Source: Octopus sinensis (Eukaryota). From it: a stretch of 64,000 nt of DNA. A program made the position numbers and the translations under genes. The notes beneath the pieces were generated by a model that saw only the letters and a list, made by a program, of their open reading frames with translations, made no database searches and had not been told where the DNA came from. This document shows positions 50,285 to 61,930 of the stretch, in pieces (position 1 is the first letter of the stretch; the number at the start of each line of letters is the position of its first letter). The stretch spans positions 14,508,001 to 14,572,000 of the forward strand of contig NC_043012.1 in assembly GCF_006345805.1 (NCBI RefSeq), given 5' to 3'.

Positions 50285-51701
50285 CGAATGAGCGAACATT
50301 AGGTTAAAATACGTTTGTGATGTATTTCACTTCCTAAAGGCAAATTGGTTACTGTTACAGCGGAGAAAAAATTCTCGCTTTTTTACCAGTTGAAATATGT
50401 CACTAACATATTTTAACTAAACTACTAAAGTCCGTTATATATATATATATATATATATATGATTTTAAAAGATGTGTGACTATAGATCACATTTTGTATT
50501 AATGTTTTGTGATACCTATTGTTGTTGTCGTTTCCACTGCTGTTGTTCATAATCCCAATCGAGCAGAGTTAAAACATGGGACACAACTGGAAGAATAACT
50601 GTATATGCTGTTGTACGGATGGCTGCCAAGTTTTTAGTGTAAAAATTGTTGTCTTAAGATTTTAAGACAGAAACGTGTTCCTATTTTACAGACTGCATAG
50701 ATTCTGTCAAGGGAGAATTGATTGCTATGTCAGAAAATTGAAAAAACTACACGAAACCTCCCGTCTTGGCTCTTTAGCTCCATCACACTTTCTATTTATT
50801 GCAATTTTAAATGTGTTGGCTGAATTCTGTATTGATATTATGTCAGTTTCGTAGTCCACTTTAGATCTCCACCTCATTCTTTCACAACAAAACAGCAGCC
50901 ATGATTTCTGGTTTTCATTAGAAATGTTTCTCCTTTCAATTTAGTATTGGAGAAATAACCTAATGCAATAATATAACTAAAAGAAAATGGACATCAGCCA
51001 GCTTAAAATGTTTATGAAATAAATAAAAAAAATCGATAGATGCTTCAATAGTCCTCAAAATACATTTAACACTAATATTCTGTTTTTTCACTCGATGTCT
51101 CCTATCAAATACTCCGGCTTCCATTAATTTGTATTGAATGTATCTCCACACATCTCAAATATTATCACGTAATACTTTTTTGTGTGTGTGTGTTTTTAAG
51201 TCTTTTTGAAATACATTTTATATTCCTAATATTTAATAGCCTTAAATTTCTTTTCTTGGATAAAATTTGTGCGGATCATAAAGACAAAGAAAAGCAAATC
51301 GTATGGATGTGTGTATATGTGTGTGTGTATAAACATATATGTATGAAAAGCATATATAGATATATACATATACATGTATGTATATATATGCATATATGTT
51401 ATATATATATATATATGCACATGCATATATATACATGTATGTACATATATATATATATACATGTACATATATATTTCTGTGTGATACATGTATATATATA
51501 TGTATATATGTATATATATATATAATATATATATAATATATATATATATATAATATACATGTGTATCCATTTACAAAATATATTTATGAAAACACACACA
51601 TATATATATATATACATGTAGGTTTATATATATGTATTTATATGCACATACATATATATGCATGTATGTATATATACATATATATATATGTGTGTACGTA
51701 T

Positions 51702-51746
<45 letters not shown>

Positions 51747-51751
51747 GAATG

Positions 51752-51790
<39 letters not shown>

Positions 51791-52564
51791 TGCGTACTTT
51801 ATTTGTGTGTGCGTGCGTACGTGTATGTGTGTGTGTGTGTGTGTGATTACGTGAAACGATTTGTGACTATAGATCCTATATTCATCTTCATTTATTCATT
51901 CATTTTCGGGGAAGCGAAAAACAATTTCTTCGCCATTGCTGCCATTTATTAAAAATAACCGGAGAAAAAAAACAAAAACAAAAGTTATACTAAGTAGTAG
52001 TTATACCAAACATGAAGTATTGAAGAAAAGAGTAGTAGAGTGAATATTATTTCCCACAAGATAATAATTTATAAACTTTCAAATAAAGCAACTAGAAAAC
52101 AAAACTCGAAGCTATTTTTATTATTTGTTTCTAGTTACATTTCCTTTTGTTGTATTTTTGTTACATGAAAAGAAATGTTTAAAAAATTAATAAAATGAAA
52201 CACCGGCTATAAAAAAAAAAAGCAGTTTATAAGGATAGCTTTTGAAATCATTCTTTAAGCAGCTGTGTATATTCTCAAGGTAAAAATTGCCCATTGGAAG
52301 ATTTTTAACGCAAATTTGTTGTCTCCTTTTAGAAACAATGTACTCTATTTAATATTTGTTGTGTGATTTATTATTTGAAGTATTATTATTTTTTAAATTA
52401 TTTATTATTAACATAGAAAGGGTCTGTTTTTCAAAAGTAATCTCCTGCTATTATCAGATTTCTTTGTTGAATTGTTTGCAATGAATTTTTTCACAGAAAA
52501 TAATCTTTTACTATATTTTTACTCTATAAAAAAAAAATTAAAAGACAGCTGTCGTTGATTTCAA

Positions 52565-52680
<116 letters not shown>

Positions 52681-52829
52681 GTGTAAGTTCTATACATTGA
52701 AGATACTGCTGTATTTTCATAAATATTTCAGATAACCATCAATAACAGACATTGCAAAATAAAGAAGTATTTTCAATGATAGCTTCTAGTAATAGTGAAA
52801 ATGAAAGATAATTGCAAAACGAAGGGTAT

Positions 52830-52925
<96 letters not shown>

Positions 52926-52926
52926 G

Positions 52927-52959
<33 letters not shown>

Positions 52960-53019
52960 GTTATATATATGTATGTATATAAATATGTATATGCATGTAT
53001 ATATATATGAGTATGTATG

Positions 53020-53054
<35 letters not shown>

Positions 53055-53303
53055 ATGAACGTATGTATATATATATATATATGTACGTATGAATGTATGT
53101 AAATATACAATATATATATATCTATATATATATATATAGATTGTGTGTTGTGTGGGGTGTGCATGTATGTATAGTATGATATATGTACATATATAATATA
53201 TATACAATGTAGTATATATGTATATATAAGAATGTATATGTATATGCATGCATAAGGTGTATATGTATGTACATGCATCGTATGTGTACATATATATACA
53301 TAT

Positions 53304-53351
<48 letters not shown>

Positions 53352-53360
53352 ACATATATA

Positions 53361-53395
<35 letters not shown>

Positions 53396-53821
53396 CATGT
53401 ATAGTATGTAGAGACGGGTATGTTTTGTGGGTGTTCATATGTGTCTAACTATATTACCAAAACCATTTCCATGATTATTATAGTAATCATCTCTAAAAAT
53501 AAATAATTTTCTCTCGTTGGGCCAGAATGATAAAGAGAATCCACTTTGTCAGAGGTTTTACTTGTGGAAACGGTTGAGCGAAACGTTAAGAGGTGTCAAA
53601 AGTTCTAAATAGAAAGCTTAAAATAAGTAGAAATGATATTGTTGGGCAATTTTGCAATACAGAAGCAGCTGTTTTACACAAAAGGAGACTACGACTATCG
53701 TTAGTATAAAATTAAATCGATCTTTTTCAACAAAACAACCAGTATGTATAATTAATTTTGGTTTGGTAAAATATAACAAATAATTTTGAGAACTCAGCAA
53801 TTCAACAATAACCAGTATAGA

Positions 53822-53920
53822 TACTGCAGTTCGTTATGATTCTAGTGTACATTATTTACACTATTTACATTGTTTACATTATTTACATTCGACGGATATT
53901 TGTCCTCATCTTGTTTGCTG
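53822..53920 (-). mobile_element. 3' tail fragment of the tRNA/HHR family
   Basis: Reverse complement of AAACAAGATGAGGACAAATATCCGTCGAATGTAAATAATG. Confidence 0.7.
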
Positions 53921-53989
53921 TATGTAAATGCATACGTACGTATGTATACATACGTACATACATACATACATACATACATACATAATACA

Positions 53990-54021
<32 letters not shown>

Positions 54022-54147
54022 CACTTAATAATTAGGGTTCAGCAAAGATTTGCCTTACCACATACCGAAGTTTAGAAAAAGCAGCCAAAACACGCACGCA
54101 CACTATATTATAATATATATACATTAATTCATATACATATATATGAT

Positions 54148-54179
<32 letters not shown>

Positions 54180-54870
54180 ATACGTACACACATATATATA
54201 TGTATATATACATACATACATGCATATATATGTATGTGCATATAAATACATACTTCTACTTTAAAAAGGGACTCCCAGAAAAACCAAAATACTTTAAAAC
54301 AATCCACACAGGCAGAGAGGAAGAAGTAACGAAGATCAATCAATATCTGGTCACCTATGGACGCAGGGGCAGGGGAGGGTAATTGAACCCCATTCATGTT
54401 TTGAATTCGGCGGTACTAACACTGAATACTATCTGTCTGATACCGTTAGGTGGAGAGATATGTTCAATTATTCCAGTACCTTCGAATTTAATATTTCAAT
54501 ATTTAATTATTGATGGGGTCCTATGCTGAAGAGGAAAACGGTTGGTAAAGTATAATTCTATATTTTTTATTCCAATCTAATTCCGAAACGCGCGTCCATC
54601 GATGACCAGATATTGATTGATTTTCGTTACTTCTTCCTCTCTGCCTGTGTGTATTGTTTTCAAGTATTTTGGTTTTTCTGGGAGTCCCTTTTTAAAGTAG
54701 AAGAAATAGCTAACGTTTTTTGGCTGCTATTTCTAAACTTCGGTATGTGGTAAGGCAAATCTTTGCTGAACCCTAATTATTAAGTATATTACCATGAAAT
54801 GGTCTTTTTTCATGCCGAATTCTACTTGGTGAAATTATTGATTACTTCTTAATTAATTAATTTTACCCTT
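54022..54870. mobile_element. Long inverted-repeat element related to 42581, left arm split by a microsatellite
   Basis: 54022-54095 pairs with 54715-54788 and 54250-54352 pairs with 54603-54705. Same 3' tail as 42718-42820. Confidence 0.8.
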
Positions 54871-54978
54871 TGTTAGTATATATATATAATATATATATAT
54901 AATATATATTATATATTGCATGTATATGTATGTAGAGATGTGTATGTTTTGTGGGTGTTCGTATTATTATGATTATTA

Positions 54979-55301
54979 TGCCCATGGGCATATGGCGTAG
55001 TGGTTAAGAGCGCGGGCTACTAGCCCCAAGATTCCGAGTTCGAATCCAAGCAGTGACCTAAACAATAACAACAATAATAATAATATTATTATTATTATAT
55101 TGTGTGTGTTGTTGTTGTTATAATGATAATAATGGAGTAAAAACCCAGGTTCGAAATTTCCCCAAGACACCTGAAGAAGGCTGGAGGGTATATCAGCCGA
55201 AACGTTGTGTTAACAACAAACAAGATGAGGACAAATATCCGTCGAATGTAAATAATGTAAATAATGTACATAATTCCTCTTCTCTTAAATCTAGAACTGT
55301 A
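54979..55301 (+). mobile_element. Apparently complete solo tRNA-head/(AAT)n/hammerhead unit
   Basis: A box TGGCGTAGTGG, B box GAGTTCGAATCC, AAT-rich linker, intact HHR, tail ending AGAACTGTA. Confidence 0.85.
55166..55211 (+). ncRNA. Minimal type-I hammerhead, same family as 5329
   Basis: GACAC-CUGAAGA-A-GGCUG...CAGCC-GAAA-CG-UU-GUGUU, intact. Confidence 0.8.
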
Positions 55302-55869
55302 TGCTTCTAGTGTGTCAAGTTCTTAACCGATTTCAAGATATTTCACTCTGATTACTGGCATTGCTGATATCCACTAGAAAGTTTTATAATCTTATTTACA
55401 TTCCAAATAAATCTCTGCTTTCTGCTCTATCAATGTAACACCTTCATGTCAAATCCGCGAACATTGTCTACCTGCTAAAATAGTGTTTTACATCCTAAAA
55501 ACACATGTAATTTCTATGACGTAAATTCTCTGTAAGTTCTGTCAAACAAGCAAGATGAGGGAGATCTGTTGGATGATGGAAGGTCGATGAAGAGCAGCGA
55601 ACAATACAACACGCAAATCAATAGAACGTAGAGAGAAATTTCGGAAATGCTGACTCTACTCAAAACAAAGCGATGGCTGAAAAGTTAGGTATATCCCTGC
55701 CCAAAAGTCATGCACGTAAACAGACAACACAATAAAACGCAACGTGGTAAAATAGCTGCCATTAATTTCCTACTACAAGCGCGGAGCAGCTTTGTCATGG
55801 TAGTCAACTGGGGGCAATACAAAGATACATAGATAAAAAAATTGATTCATAGAGAAAACTATATATATA

Positions 55870-56493
55870 TATAAACAAAAAGGGTAGTAATATAGATTAC
55901 TGCCAGTGGCCCAGCACAAAAGAAGCATTAGTCATTAGACAAAATATTATTCATATAGAAAAATATTATTCATGTAGAAATACAATTAAGGGCTCCTAGA
56001 TAAGGATGCCAAGACGAATTAGTCATTAGACAAAATATTATTCATATAGAAAAATATTATTCATGAATAATATTTTGTCTAATGACTAATTCGTCTTTTG
56101 TGCTGGGCCACTGGTAGTAATCTATATTACTACCCTTTTGGTTTATATTCGCATATTACTTGATGGATTTATTCGTAAAATTTTTTTCCTGGCATGCCCT
56201 ATATCGCCGGCTATATTTTGCGTCTGTGCAGAGATTTGAAAAGTTAAGATCTGCTAGTTGTTGAGATCAGTACATGGTCTGACGCGTTGCGAATCTCGAT
56301 TCAATTTAGGCGTCTCGCTGATGAAGCCAGCCTTAGCAAACATATTCTGTGTTTTGCTAGAAAGAGGTAGACACTGATATCAGTCCGAGATGTAAAGTTA
56401 TCGGTAAATGTTTTTGATTTTCACTCCCGATAAATTTATCTCCTTTTTGTGTTCCCAGCACTTGGCATCCTTATCTAGGAGCCCTTAATTGTA
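55870..56493. repeat. Rearranged inverted/direct repeat cluster
   Basis: Block order A-B-C-B-B'-A'-X-C', where C = TACAATTAAGGGCTCCTAGATAAGGATGCCAAG. Confidence 0.8.
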
Positions 56494-57324
56494 TATATAT
56501 ATATATATATATATAATAGAAATATTAAAATTACTAAGTCTCTCTGAAGGAGATTACGACAGCGTTACTGGAAATTAATAGCTATCGCCATACTAATATG
56601 GCAGTCTTATATACTATTTACACACACACGCACACACGTACTATCTATTCAGAGAAACACTAAAGCAGGAAATGAATATAATTGAAATATGTATTGGAAT
56701 GGCTTGTGGAATATTAATATAATTCTATTTTTTAGCATCAAGTTGACTTGGAAAATTACTCTAATTGAAAAATAGTGTGTTTGGAACATGTACATGTATA
56801 TAAAGCAATAACTAAACAATGCAAATTTCTAAAAGGACAAAAAATATGTTCCATAAAAATGACAAATCTGAGTTTGATAATTATACAAGAAAAACCTATA
56901 AATCTAAATTTTTGAAAATGTATTTGATTTGCTCTAAAATTAGATGCATCACATATAAATATACAACATTTAGGTTAGTTAAAATATGTTTGTGTCTCAA
57001 CTGTTAAAAGTCAAATTCACTGCAGTTACCGTGTACAAAATATCTCTTTTATAGTAAAAAGTAATTTTCTCCACGGTAACTGCAATGAATTTGCATTTTA
57101 ACTGTTGAAATCTGTTACAAACATATTTTGACGAAACTAAATTTTGTTTACGTCTAAACATATAATTATATTTTATATTTATGTATATAATTAAGTCTGC
57201 GAGCTGATAGAATTGTTAGCATATTCGAAAAAATGCTTAGCGACACTTCTTTTATCGGTTTCTACTCAGAATTGCGGCTATGCTGGGGCACCGCCATTCT
57301 GCTATACTGTTATTATTGAGAACT

Positions 57325-57955
57325 TCCTCTGATATGTGGCATTTGGTGAATAAAGGTGTTTGATGTCACTGCTCTCATTTGCGCCCCCTGCCGTGATGTT
57401 ACTTCATCTGGGACTCTCGACAAGAAGGGATCCAGTTTTGTTTTGAAAACACCCACATCCACTTTGTGTAGGTCTCTCAGGCTCTTTCAGAGAATATTAA
57501 AATGATGTGGGCCCTTGAATCCCGAGCTGTTGCAGTAACTGGTCCTGAAACGTGACGGCAGTGCTGGTATCTTTGACACTGTGCAGTGGCGACCTGTTCT
57601 TGCATTTGTGTAGCTTTCAATGCCAAAATTTGGAACAATCCCAGATTTATATTACTGCATATCTCTCCCGCTTTCGCTCCAGGGAATAGCGTCTTTGTTG
57701 TTTCAGCCCTTACCAGTAGCTGATCTGTTGCAATGAGATGATCTTCTTTGTGTAGCTTCGCCTGATTGATTCAAGGTCCGCTGTTAATTTTACACTGTGG
57801 GATGACCATAGCTGGGAGCAGTAATCCAGGCGACCGACTAAAGACGAATTCCTCCAGAGAACCATCATGATTTCCTTCTCTCTGATTCTGCAGGTTCTCA
57901 GAATCCACCCAGCCAGCCGTCTGCACTTTGTCGCCATCTTGATAATATAAGTGTG
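57325..57955 (-). mobile_element. CR1-clade LINE, 3' ORF2 remnant
   Basis: RRLAGWILRT...RLDYCSQLWS...DLESIRRSYTKKI...ISYW...YSLERKRERY...FKTKLDPFLSRVPD. Confidence 0.88.
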
Positions 57956-58249
57956 TGTGTTTTCAATGTGTACAAATAACACGGAAATTCCAGGCTTAAG
58001 TGAAATGTTTTTATATAACATAGAGAAATTAAGAAATGGAATCAAACGCAGGTGTTATTCAAATCTTTAGACTTCCGACATATGTTTCGAAGAAAACATT
58101 GATATTATTCCGAATGGAATAAAATGATGTAAAACAATGCAATCTCATCAGGGAAAAAAAGAGAAGCAAAACACATCAATAAGCCATTTTAACCGAATGT
58201 GATTACCGCGTATATGATGAAGAGGAACTCTGACATGTTATTTTTAAAA

Positions 58250-58374
58250 TAAGCCTAGTACTTATTCCATCGGTCTCATTTACCGAACCGCTAAGTTACG
58301 GAGACGTAAACACACCAGCATCGGTTGTCAAGCGATGTTTGGGGGGACAAACACAGGCACACAAACATATACAC

Positions 58375-58438
<64 letters not shown>

Positions 58439-58600
58439 GACGGGCTTCTTTCAGTTTCCGTCAACCAAATCCACTGGCAAGGCTTTGGTCGGCTCGAGGC
58501 TATAGTAGAAGACAGTTGCCCAAGGTGCCACGCAGTGGGAATGAACCCGGAACCGTGTGGTTAGTAAACAAGTTACTTACCACACAGCCACTCCTATGCC

Positions 58601-58602
<2 letters not shown>
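58250..58602 (-). mobile_element. SINE group B, 3'-truncated
   Basis: Reverse-complement match. Confidence 0.88.
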
Positions 58603-58634
<32 letters not shown>

Positions 58635-59596
58635 ATATATATAAAACACATCTAATCGTCGTCAGCATAGCAATTATCCATCCTAATCTGTTCAATGAGG
58701 GAGATTTCGATGCTATTTCTAGCAGTTCATATAAGTACCACCCAAGCACTGAAGACGTTGAAGTCTCCCACTGCTCTTTCTCGAAATGTGTGATAACATT
58801 CCCCATTTAGAAATCAATACTTAGAAACGTTAATCATACAAATACCTTCAGATAACTCCACACAAATGTTAAGTCGTAGGCGGAATCTTCAGAGATAGCA
58901 ATTCAACGATAATTTAAACGTCCACCCGAATCGTCGAGTATTTATATTTCTCTTGTCTGACTTTAAGTGCTTTGTTTTCGTTTAGCTCGTTTGGTTGTTA
59001 AACTTTTATACTTTAAAGGATTGTTGTTTTCTTTTCTTATGCCTTTGGGCTTTTCTCCGACTAAAACTAAAATTTCTATTCATTAAATGTTATTCGCGTA
59101 CGTCATTTAGTTCATACGCGACTGCTTTATCTCAACATGTGCTTTTGGCGTATTTGAGTTATTTCCCTTACTACAATTTTGTTTATTTTCTATTTCTGTT
59201 CGTTTGCGTTTTCAAAAATATACAACTGCTTTGCCTTTCAAGTTTCAGTTAAATAACTTAAGAATTGTTGAACGAATCTGCACCAAATTTTCTGGTTCGC
59301 AAATGTTTTCGCGTCTTTGTTTATGTCATTGCCGTCTTGTTTACCGTTTCTTTGTTTTGCTTATCTAAGTTTAATTCTGCTGATGTTTAGATAAAATGCT
59401 AATAATAATTTCAGTTTTTGCGAGATAATTATGACTTCCATATATGAACAAATATCAGTGTTTTATATATGTGAGTGTGTGTATATGTATGCATACTTAC
59501 ATACATACATAGCGGAAAGTATAATATATATTCTATGCATGTATATATATACTTATATATATATATACTTATATATATACACATATGTATATAATT

Positions 59597-59683
<87 letters not shown>

Positions 59684-59779
59684 ATGCATATAAATTGAAC
59701 ACATATGTGTATATGTATAAGTGAATATATACATACATGCATATAATATATATTATATTTTCTGCTATATATGTACGTA

Positions 59780-60050
59780 TAGTGATTAGAGCATCGGACT
59801 CACAATCATGAGATAGTGAGTTCGATTCCTGGACCGGGCTCTGTGCTGTGTTCTTGAGCAGGACACTTTATTTCACTCAGTTGTAGAAATGAGTAGCGAC
59901 GTCACTGGTGCCAAGCTGTATCAGCCTTTGCCTTTCCCTTTGGTAACATCGGTGGTGTGGAGAGGGGAGACTGGTATGCATGGGTGACCGCTGCTCTTCC
60001 ATAAACAACCTTGCCCAGACTTGTGTTTCGGAGGGTAACATTCTAGGTGC
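59780..60050 (+). mobile_element. tRNA-derived SINE with body homologous to 32525-32650
   Basis: Head with GAGTTCGATTCC B box. Body GCGACGTCACTGGTGCCAAGCTGTATC...GTGGAGAGGGG. Confidence 0.75.
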
Positions 60051-60190
60051 AATGTGTATGCGTGTATTCATCTCTATGTGTGTTTGTGTGTGCATGAATG
60101 TATATTTCGTATTACATCTACATGTCTCATGTTTATGTATACACCCATGTATACGTATATATAATGCATATATATGTACATATATATATA

Positions 60191-60246
<56 letters not shown>

Positions 60247-60252
60247 TATATT

Positions 60253-60510
60253 GGAGATGTACTCGCATAGCAAGTAATTTGATCTGAGATCGTGTGCTGA
60301 AACGAAAACAATTGCAGCGTGGAAGGTGGTTGTAAGCCATTTAAGAAACACACAAAAGCCGTTCGATTCACTTCAACATTTAAGTTTAATTTGTCAAAAT
60401 ATTTTCGTCGCTAAAATCCGCGACCTGTTCACTGACAAAAATCCGTGCTGCATCGAACGGCTTTTGTGTGTTTCTTAAATGGCTTATAAACACCTTCCAC
60501 GCTGCAATTG

Positions 60511-60511
<1 letters not shown>
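60253..60511. mobile_element. Interspersed repeat with internal 60-bp inverted duplication flanking the G3-C8 hammerhead
   Basis: 60309-60368 is the inverse of 60452-60511. A second copy at 33436-33552 is cut by the gap. Confidence 0.8.
60390..60439 (-). ncRNA. Hammerhead with swapped core pair (G3-C8)
   Basis: UUUGUCA-GUGAACA-G-GUCGC(GGAUUUUA)GCGAC-GAAA-AUAU-UU-UGACAAA: 7-bp stem I, 5-bp stem II, palindromic stem III AAUAUU. Confidence 0.65.
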
Positions 60512-60556
<45 letters not shown>

Positions 60557-60859
60557 TGCTTGTTTACACTTTTAGAGATCAGTGACTCAGATATATGTAT
60601 TTACATTGGGACCCTTTCACATCGAAGCCCGGTGGTTGCCGTGCGCTGATGACAAGTAAGTACCCAGAAACCGGGTCCGTGTGTGTCACGTCAGGTCGAC
60701 GATGGGATGGATGGCTTCCCTTTGCAAATACTGATAGGGCACAGAAAGTGTGTCAATAGTCAGCTGGAGAAGATGTTCTCCTGGGGCCACAAGCTACAGT
60801 AGCATCCACCCTTAGCGGTTAGCCACATTTAGATGGCAAATATACTTCACATATATATA

Positions 60860-60919
<60 letters not shown>

Positions 60920-60920
<1 letters not shown>

Positions 60921-61070
60921 CGACCCCAGTGCGTAACTAGTACTTATTTAATCAACCCCGAAAGAATGAAAGGCAAAGTCGACCTCGGCGGAATTTGAAC
61001 TCGGAACGTAGCGGCAGACGAAATACCGCTAAGCATTTCGCCCGGCATGCTAGCGTTTCTGCCAGCTCGC
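60920..61070 (-). mobile_element. SINE group A, 5' portion
   Basis: Direct match to the family sequence. Confidence 0.85.
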
Positions 61071-61077
61071 CATCTGC

Positions 61078-61112
61078 TGCTGATGTTGATGACGATGATG
61101 ATGATGATGATT

Positions 61113-61156
<44 letters not shown>

Positions 61157-61200
61157 TGTAATGATGATGATGATGAGGTTGAAGAAGAAGAAGACGATGT
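61078..61200. repeat. (GAT)n/(GAA)n trinucleotide tract
   Basis: Visible in sequence. Confidence 0.95.
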
Positions 61201-61329
61201 AGGTGGTAACTGTCCATGGACCCTGACCCTCAGAAATGAGGACGGGAATAGTCCCTACTTATGGGTAATAAGAGCTTTTCAGTTTTGGTTGACAATCTTT
61301 CTAGAGATGTTGTCTCGTTAAAAATTTTA

Positions 61330-61460
61330 GTTTGTGGTGATTAAGGAAGATTTCCAGGGCTCGACGTCACTTTGGAGAATGCAGAGGGGCTGGCAAGGGA
61401 CCGCCAGCGATGGAGAGCACTGGTGAACCTGGTCGGCTCTACACATGATGGCATATCTGG
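61330..61460 (+). mobile_element. RTE-like LINE extreme C-terminus fragment
   Basis: IKEDF...TLENAEGLARDRQRWRALV matches the AxDRxxWRxLV terminal motif. Confidence 0.55.
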
Positions 61461-61539
61461 GACGACTAACCTGGGATAACCCCAGCTCCATCAAGCAAGA
61501 GCATGGAGCGAACCAAAGTGGTTAACTTTAAAATACAAA

Positions 61540-61930
61540 CCCCAATATCGAGCGAAATGCCCTAGCTCAAACTCAAAGTCAAAGTCAAGCTCAAAGTCAA
61601 AGTCAAGCTCAAAGTCAAAGTCAAGCTCAAACTCAAAGTCAAAGTTAAACTGAAAGTCAAGCTCAAAGTCAAGCTCAAAGGCAACGGCATATAAAAAGAT
61701 GGGACAAGGAGGCGAACAGAACTGTAATTAGATTAGAAGAGGATTCCGAAAACGCATGAAATCAAAATAGGATGAAATAGAATTCTGAAACAAGTGAACA
61801 ACGGTTGGCCAATCTGGCAAGAACAATAACAACAAATGGATGGCTAACAGACATCGAAATTGAAGAAATAAAAGCGAAGGTTGAAAATAATGATGGTATT
61901 GTACCGACAAAGAGCGCACCTTTTAAGGAT
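61540..61930 (+). mobile_element. R4/Dong-clade non-LTR element, degenerate N-terminal fragment with (SQ/AQ)n tract
   Basis: AQSQSQ...RHIKRWDKEANRTVIR / RGFRKRMKSK*DE / ETSEQRLANLARTITTNGWLTDIEIEEIK. Confidence 0.65.

Noticed and set aside
50340-50760. Candidate next cadherin exon C' (acceptors near 50340 and 50692; IDSVKGELIAMSE)
   Set aside because: Both frames stop early, lack LDRE/AxDxG motifs and have no suitable donor.
54988-55060. Functional tRNA gene
   Set aside because: A and B boxes are present, but the acceptor and anticodon stems do not pair properly and the sequence is repeat-embedded. Treated as a tRNA-derived head, as are all SINE heads here.
61565-61680. CRISPR-like array
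   Set aside because: A 6/18-bp tandem repeat with no unique spacers, in a eukaryotic context. No CRISPR, rRNA or operon features anywhere in the window.
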